Positions 59,808 to 64,000 of a stretch of DNA of 64,000 bases are shown here, piece by piece. The position numbers and the translations under genes are program-made. The notes under the pieces were generated by a model. The model searched no databases. It was given only the letters and a program-made list of their open reading frames with translations, and was not told the origin of the DNA. Each line of letters opens with the position of its first letter. Positions within the stretch are counted from its first letter, which is position 1. The stretch spans positions 64,001-128,000 of the forward strand of contig WJMJ01000079.1 of NCBI GenBank assembly GCA_014728035.1. Reading direction: 5' to 3'. Source of the stretch: Promethearchaeota archaeon (GTDB taxonomy: Archaea; Asgardarchaeota; Thorarchaeia; Thorarchaeales; Thorarchaeaceae).

Positions 59808-60290
59808 ATGAAAAGACCAAAACTTGCCGCGCTAGCAGTAGTTCTTGTTCTAATCGGAGCAGGTTCTGCATTTGCCGCATATATCATACTGTCTAATACA
59901 TATGATTACGATGTGACTGTTGAGGGAGAATACATTACCATCACTGAGGTGTCTGCACCTTCAGGTACACTTGCCAAAGGTACGAATTACACATATCGAA
60001 TCACGGCTACTGTGAACTCAGGTTCTTGGGATGCCTCTCTGTGGTTCAATATTACTTCAAGTGCTATAGAAGATAACACCCATTTATCCGATTATATCAT
60101 TTACGTAAATGGAACAGGCTTAACGAGAATGCACAATCAAGCTATTCCTAATAGATATCAATCACAATATCTTATTGGTACATTTTCAGAAGGTCAGACG
60201 CTTACCTTTGATTGGACAATCAATTTCGATTATGGCTGGCCATCGGGTACATTCAATATTCTTCTATATATCGATGGTCAAGCAAATTAG
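59808..60290 (+). CDS. secreted beta-rich protein
   Basis: signal peptide MKRPKLAALAVVLVLIGAGSAFA followed by an all-beta-looking domain. Confidence 0.7.
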   Translation: MKRPKLAALAVVLVLIGAGSAFAAYIILSNTYDYDVTVEGEYITITEVSAPSGTLAKGTNYTYRITATVNSGSWDASLWFNITSSAIEDNTHLSDYIIYVNGTGLTRMHNQAIPNRYQSQYLIGTFSEGQTLTFDWTINFDYGWPSGTFNILLYIDGQAN

Positions 60291-60497
60291 TATTCCAATT
60301 TCAGACAAGGTCACTTCATTGACATGAAGAAATACTATCATCAAACAGAGGAATACTCCATTCCTCTACTTTTTTCTATATCTGCATTTAGGTTTGATTC
60401 TATTAGCACGATATCATCATATGATTGAAGGATTTCAGTGTCTACATTCCATATAAAAAAGAATAGAGAGCAATCATATCGATTGCTCATGAGAATT

Positions 60498-60854
60498 TCA
60501 CTTGTAAGGTGCTCTTATCGGTGGAAGTATCATTATGAAGATGATCAAAACAGCGAACGTGATGGGAAATGCTTGTAACACTAAAGTTGGTATAATGAAT
60601 ATCGCCATTGGAATGGAAATTATATTCAGTACTAATGCATAGAGCCATCCTTCTTTCTTCACTGGTTTGAGATAAAACCATGAAATTAACATCAATGCTA
60701 GTCCCAGAGCTAGACCGATAGCTGCTTCAATCATTACGAGTATCAAGCCGTACAATGAGAACATCATAAGGAACGCACCGTAGCCAATGTTCAGACCGAA
60801 TACGATCTTATCGGCTATGTTAGCAAATTCTGCAGAAAATTCTGATTCAGACAA
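60498..60854 (-). CDS. 4-TM membrane protein
   Basis: very hydrophobic 118-aa ORF with an AGGAG RBS. Confidence 0.7.
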   Translation of the reverse strand: MSESEFSAEFANIADKIVFGLNIGYGAFLMMFSLYGLILVMIEAAIGLALGLALMLISWFYLKPVKKEGWLYALVLNIISIPMAIFIIPTLVLQAFPITFAVLIIFIMILPPIRAPYK

Positions 60855-61020
60855 TATCTATATCTCCTGTTAAAATCTCCACGCATGATTTGTAAGCGTG
60901 CAGATTTACACCAATTTTCTATGCATTCCGGCTTTTAACAATACAGTTTTATTTGTATATTCAAAAATTTTGTAAATCATAATGTTTTTCTTCACGTTTT
61001 GCGATTCATTTTCGAGAACT

Positions 61021-61476
61021 ATGACTCAGACCTGTGATATCTGCGGTGCAAAATATTCTTCTGAACTCTGGAAACACAGTACAAAAAATATCTGTACATA
61101 TTGTGTTCAGATTCAACTTCTTGAGGAATCCTATGCTGTTTTCTCTCAAGATGCTAGAGAAGCTCTCCAACACATTACAAAGGAAATCGAACGGTTACTT
61201 GATAAACAACAGGAAGAACATACTCTTCCATTAATTAAAAAGGGACTTTCTTTCCTTAATGGTTTTCTGATTCGCGAAGCTGATTTTCGCCTTCTAGAAG
61301 AAGGAATATACTGGTACAATGATTTCCTAAAGAAGGAAGGACGTTTAGAATCAACACGATTTGTGGTGGATCGGACCCATCTTGTTGGAAGTACTAGATT
61401 CATTGTTGTGTTATATCTAAAAGATGGGCATGAGCCAGAGACCTGGAAGTTCTTTACTGGAATGCGGAAGGTCTGA
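61021..61476 (+). CDS. hypothetical protein with N-terminal Zn finger
   Basis: CDIC...CTYC. Confidence 0.6.
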   Translation: MTQTCDICGAKYSSELWKHSTKNICTYCVQIQLLEESYAVFSQDAREALQHITKEIERLLDKQQEEHTLPLIKKGLSFLNGFLIREADFRLLEEGIYWYNDFLKKEGRLESTRFVVDRTHLVGSTRFIVVLYLKDGHEPETWKFFTGMRKV

Positions 61477-61594
61477 ATGAATATTGTTAGGTTTTGCAAC
61501 ACAGGTAGTTCATGTCGGATTGGAGAGAATATCGCTTAACTAGAATTACTTTTTCGATCTTAATTTTGAAATGTAACAATTATTTGTACAACCT

Positions 61595-62065
61595 TTAACT
61601 CTGGAAGAATTCCTCTAAGGTCCGAGCAAATTTCTCCGCATTACTCAGGTCCTCCTCATTAGGTCTGCCCTTATTCATTCCACCAAAGAATCTCATGAAA
61701 CTGTTAGTATTGAAGCCCTTACACTGGAATTCATCTATGATTGTGTATCCCTTCTCTTCCAGTTTCTCCCTCAGAAGAGCATGGTCGTTGTTCATTTTCT
61801 TTTTACTTGTCATCGCACCTGTAGAAAATAGAAACGTATTTCCTCCATTTACTACAGGAATTTGCTCAGCAAGGTCAATGAGCGATTCATGATGTCTAGC
61901 GCTGTAAATCCCTGATCCCCATCCTATCAGATCGTAATCCTGCAATTCCTCAGGATTCATTACTTGTGGTGTTGTGACCTCTGCATTTAGAACGCTTGCA
62001 ATCCTTTTAGCTATCTTTTCTGTGTTCTTGTGATGAAACGAGTAGACGATTATAAGACATCTCAC
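61595..62065 (-). CDS. flavodoxin-family protein
   Basis: IVYS.HH.NTEKIA, YDLIGWGSGIY, GRPN..DL..A..FA; GAGGAGG RBS before GTG 62065. Confidence 0.88.
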   Translation of the reverse strand: MRCLIIVYSFHHKNTEKIAKRIASVLNAEVTTPQVMNPEELQDYDLIGWGSGIYSARHHESLIDLAEQIPVVNGGNTFLFSTGAMTSKKKMNNDHALLREKLEEKGYTIIDEFQCKGFNTNSFMRFFGGMNKGRPNEEDLSNAEKFARTLEEFFQS

Positions 62066-62166
62066 TGAGAAATCCTCCTCTTCTGCAATCATTTCTTTCG
62101 TTTGATCATCTGAATGAGTTTTACTTGCTTTTCTCATCATAATTCAAACGAAATCGTTGTATACAT

Positions 62167-62703
62167 CTAGATCGTTGTCAGTTCGGTTATCCATGCACGA
62201 ATTTGATCCCAATTGCGAAAGTCCATCACATCAGGAACCTCTTCTCCTTCATTCAGGGATTTTTTCACAATTCCTTTAACCATACGTCTAACGACAAAGT
62301 TGTATTTTTTGAAATCGAACATACCACCAAACAAACCCGTCGAAACTGGTATAATCTCAGGATATTGAGCTGCGATATTGTCGAGGTACATTTCTTGTGC
62401 CTCATCACATTTAGCTGGGTCTCCAGCGTCTCCACAGACAACAAATAATGCTACTTTCTTTGTTGATAGAATAGATGCATTCTCTTCAATGAATTTTAAG
62501 GGCTCCTTTGCCCATTTCCCAACCTGAATTCCACTTCCAATTGCTATAAGGTCGTAGTCTTCAAGAGGTGCAGGGAGGTTTCCTTCCTTCAAATCTGCTG
62601 CATCAATGGACACTCCAGCTTCTTGTGCGGTTTTTACCATCTCTTGAACAATCTCGGTTGTTGTTCCATAACGTGAGCGATAGCATATTCCGATTCGGTT
62701 CAT
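62167..62703 (-). CDS. flavodoxin-domain protein (HemG-like)
   Basis: Y.SRYGTT, GSGI..GKW, FGG.FD, DFRNWDQIRAW. Confidence 0.88.
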   Translation of the reverse strand: MNRIGICYRSRYGTTTEIVQEMVKTAQEAGVSIDAADLKEGNLPAPLEDYDLIAIGSGIQVGKWAKEPLKFIEENASILSTKKVALFVVCGDAGDPAKCDEAQEMYLDNIAAQYPEIIPVSTGLFGGMFDFKKYNFVVRRMVKGIVKKSLNEGEEVPDVMDFRNWDQIRAWITELTTI

Positions 62704-62813
62704 CACAATCAATATGCGACATAGGTATTCCTTTAAAAATTGATTTATTCAATGTGACACATTGTATTTACTTGTTACAATATCTAACTAGAAATTTTCA
62801 ACAATATAGAATT

Positions 62814-63931
62814 TTATCGACTCTTACAATATGCCTCAACTACTAAGCGATAAATTTCATCGAACATCGTTGGGGTTTCAGTTTCTTTGTATTTGCCATA
62901 TCTTTGTACCGCAAGAAGGTATGCAGGTTCAGGATTAGCATAATATTCCAACAGAATTTTTATAATTTCATAAAGGTCGGATAAGTTTCTTTCAATTAAC
63001 ATACAATCGGAGATCATGAAAATGACCAAGCCTAGGGGGCTTGTCGGTTGTATAATCGACTGGTCAACTTTTGACACTAAACCGTGTGTCCATGTGTGAT
63101 TTGAGTCTGCTCCATCACGAAGCCATCTTTGTACTTCTACGTCAAGTGCTTTTATCGCTCTGATAAGTGTTTGATTGATACCCTGTTGCTTAGAGAAATC
63201 TCTAACTAATTCTGTAGGAGGTGCAGCAAAGATATCATCAAGGACTCCGTGAAATATTCCCATTTGGTAATCTAGGCTAAATCTACAACATAATAGATTT
63301 TCCAACTTCTCTCTATGTTCTGGAGTCAAATGTTTCAGCATCGATTCCAAATAATTTTGCAGGTTTCCTACTGTTTCAAAAGGTAGCTCTTTGAGTGTAT
63401 CCTTGAATTTCTCAAAGAGAGGAAACTTCTCATACGAATCTGGAATACCAATCGTGAATAGTGTTTCATCTGCTTCGATGTTTATCTCTTCTAATGTGGA
63501 CAAAAGAAGTAGTGGTGTGATATCGACTGTTGATTCTGTTATCTGCATCTCTCTCAGGGCTGTGCATCCACAAGAGGACGAAAATCTGGTGTGTAGATGG
63601 TCTCGTTAAGAACTAGGCAGGTCAAGTTGGGAATCAGTGACAGGGGTGATAGATCAAGGGTTTCAAAACCACAATCAGAAATTGCTAGTGTTTCAAGGGA
63701 AGTGCAATTTGCTAATGGACTCAAATCGATTGAAGAAAGGTAGTGACGTTCAACGAAAATCAGTTCCTGCATTTGCTCAAGCTTGTACAGATTTGATAGG
63801 TCTACAGATCCTAGATACATTGTATCCTCTTTACTGGGAAATTCTCTGAGGTGACAGAATTGCACTCTTGTTTCCAGCTTGCTAAAGGCAAGAGTATCTT
63901 GTGCAGATTGCCTGGGTTTACCTTTTGTCAT
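62814..63931 (-). pseudogene. leucine-rich-repeat protein split by a single frameshift near 63570 (ORFs 63554-63931 and 62814-63548)
   Basis: LRRs IDLSPLANCTSLETLAI and LDLSPLSLIPNLTCLVL continue as DFRPL/GCTALREMQI..VDITPLLLLSTLEEINI only if the frame shifts by one base. Confidence 0.65.
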
Positions 63932-64000
63932 GCCCTATATCCATTCAATAGGTATTAGGATGAAATTTTCGTTGTCAGTGTTTTCCTCCTTCACGGTCAT

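Noticed and set aside
1194-63849. numerous 60-160 aa antisense or alternate-frame ORFs in the track (e.g. 1194-1544, 13960-14406, 44099-44581, 47967-48422)
   Set aside because: They lie within well-supported genes and have no motifs or RBS; treated as shadow ORFs
1-64000. CRISPR array, rRNA, tRNA or IS elements
   Set aside because: No regularly spaced repeats, RNA-gene signatures or transposase ORFs were seen by eye

Overview
Archaeal chromosomal DNA, AT-rich and gene-dense. The TFBs, RadA, FEN1, BRE/TATA promoters, tandem Lrp-like giant regulators and 'IDLSPL' LRR proteins suggest an Asgard archaeon, probably Thorarchaeia; this is inference only. The centrepiece is a ~15.6 kb, 15-gene, tightly coupled + strand operon (11315-26945). 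It interleaves a divergent, apparently second homologous-recombination toolkit with membrane proteins. The toolkit is a divergent RadA, two RadB/Rad51-paralog-like proteins, an Fe-S XPD/DinG helicase, a Hel308/HELQ-like helicase with an inserted SWIM Zn finger, and a FEN1-like nuclease with a PIP box. The membrane part is three membrane proteins plus a membrane-anchored HerA/VirB4 (CedB-like) protein with a degenerate Walker A. Nearby are a hook-less mini Mre11-Rad50 pair, a ~2,600-aa cell-surface protein (alpha/alpha barrel + Ig repeats) bracketed by two paralogous tandem-Lrp-like regulators, and two tandem TFB paralogs with a structured non-coding element. Together these make a candidate regulated cell-contact / DNA-exchange / recombination system. 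The rest of the window holds a DtxR-controlled feo operon with split FeoB, a LarA-family enzyme, CysRS, an ABC exporter, an AlkB-type hydroxylase, a GH3 ligase, flavodoxins and two disrupted genes. No rRNA, tRNA, CRISPR array, integrase or transposase was recognised. All calls come from reading motifs by eye; no database searches were run.
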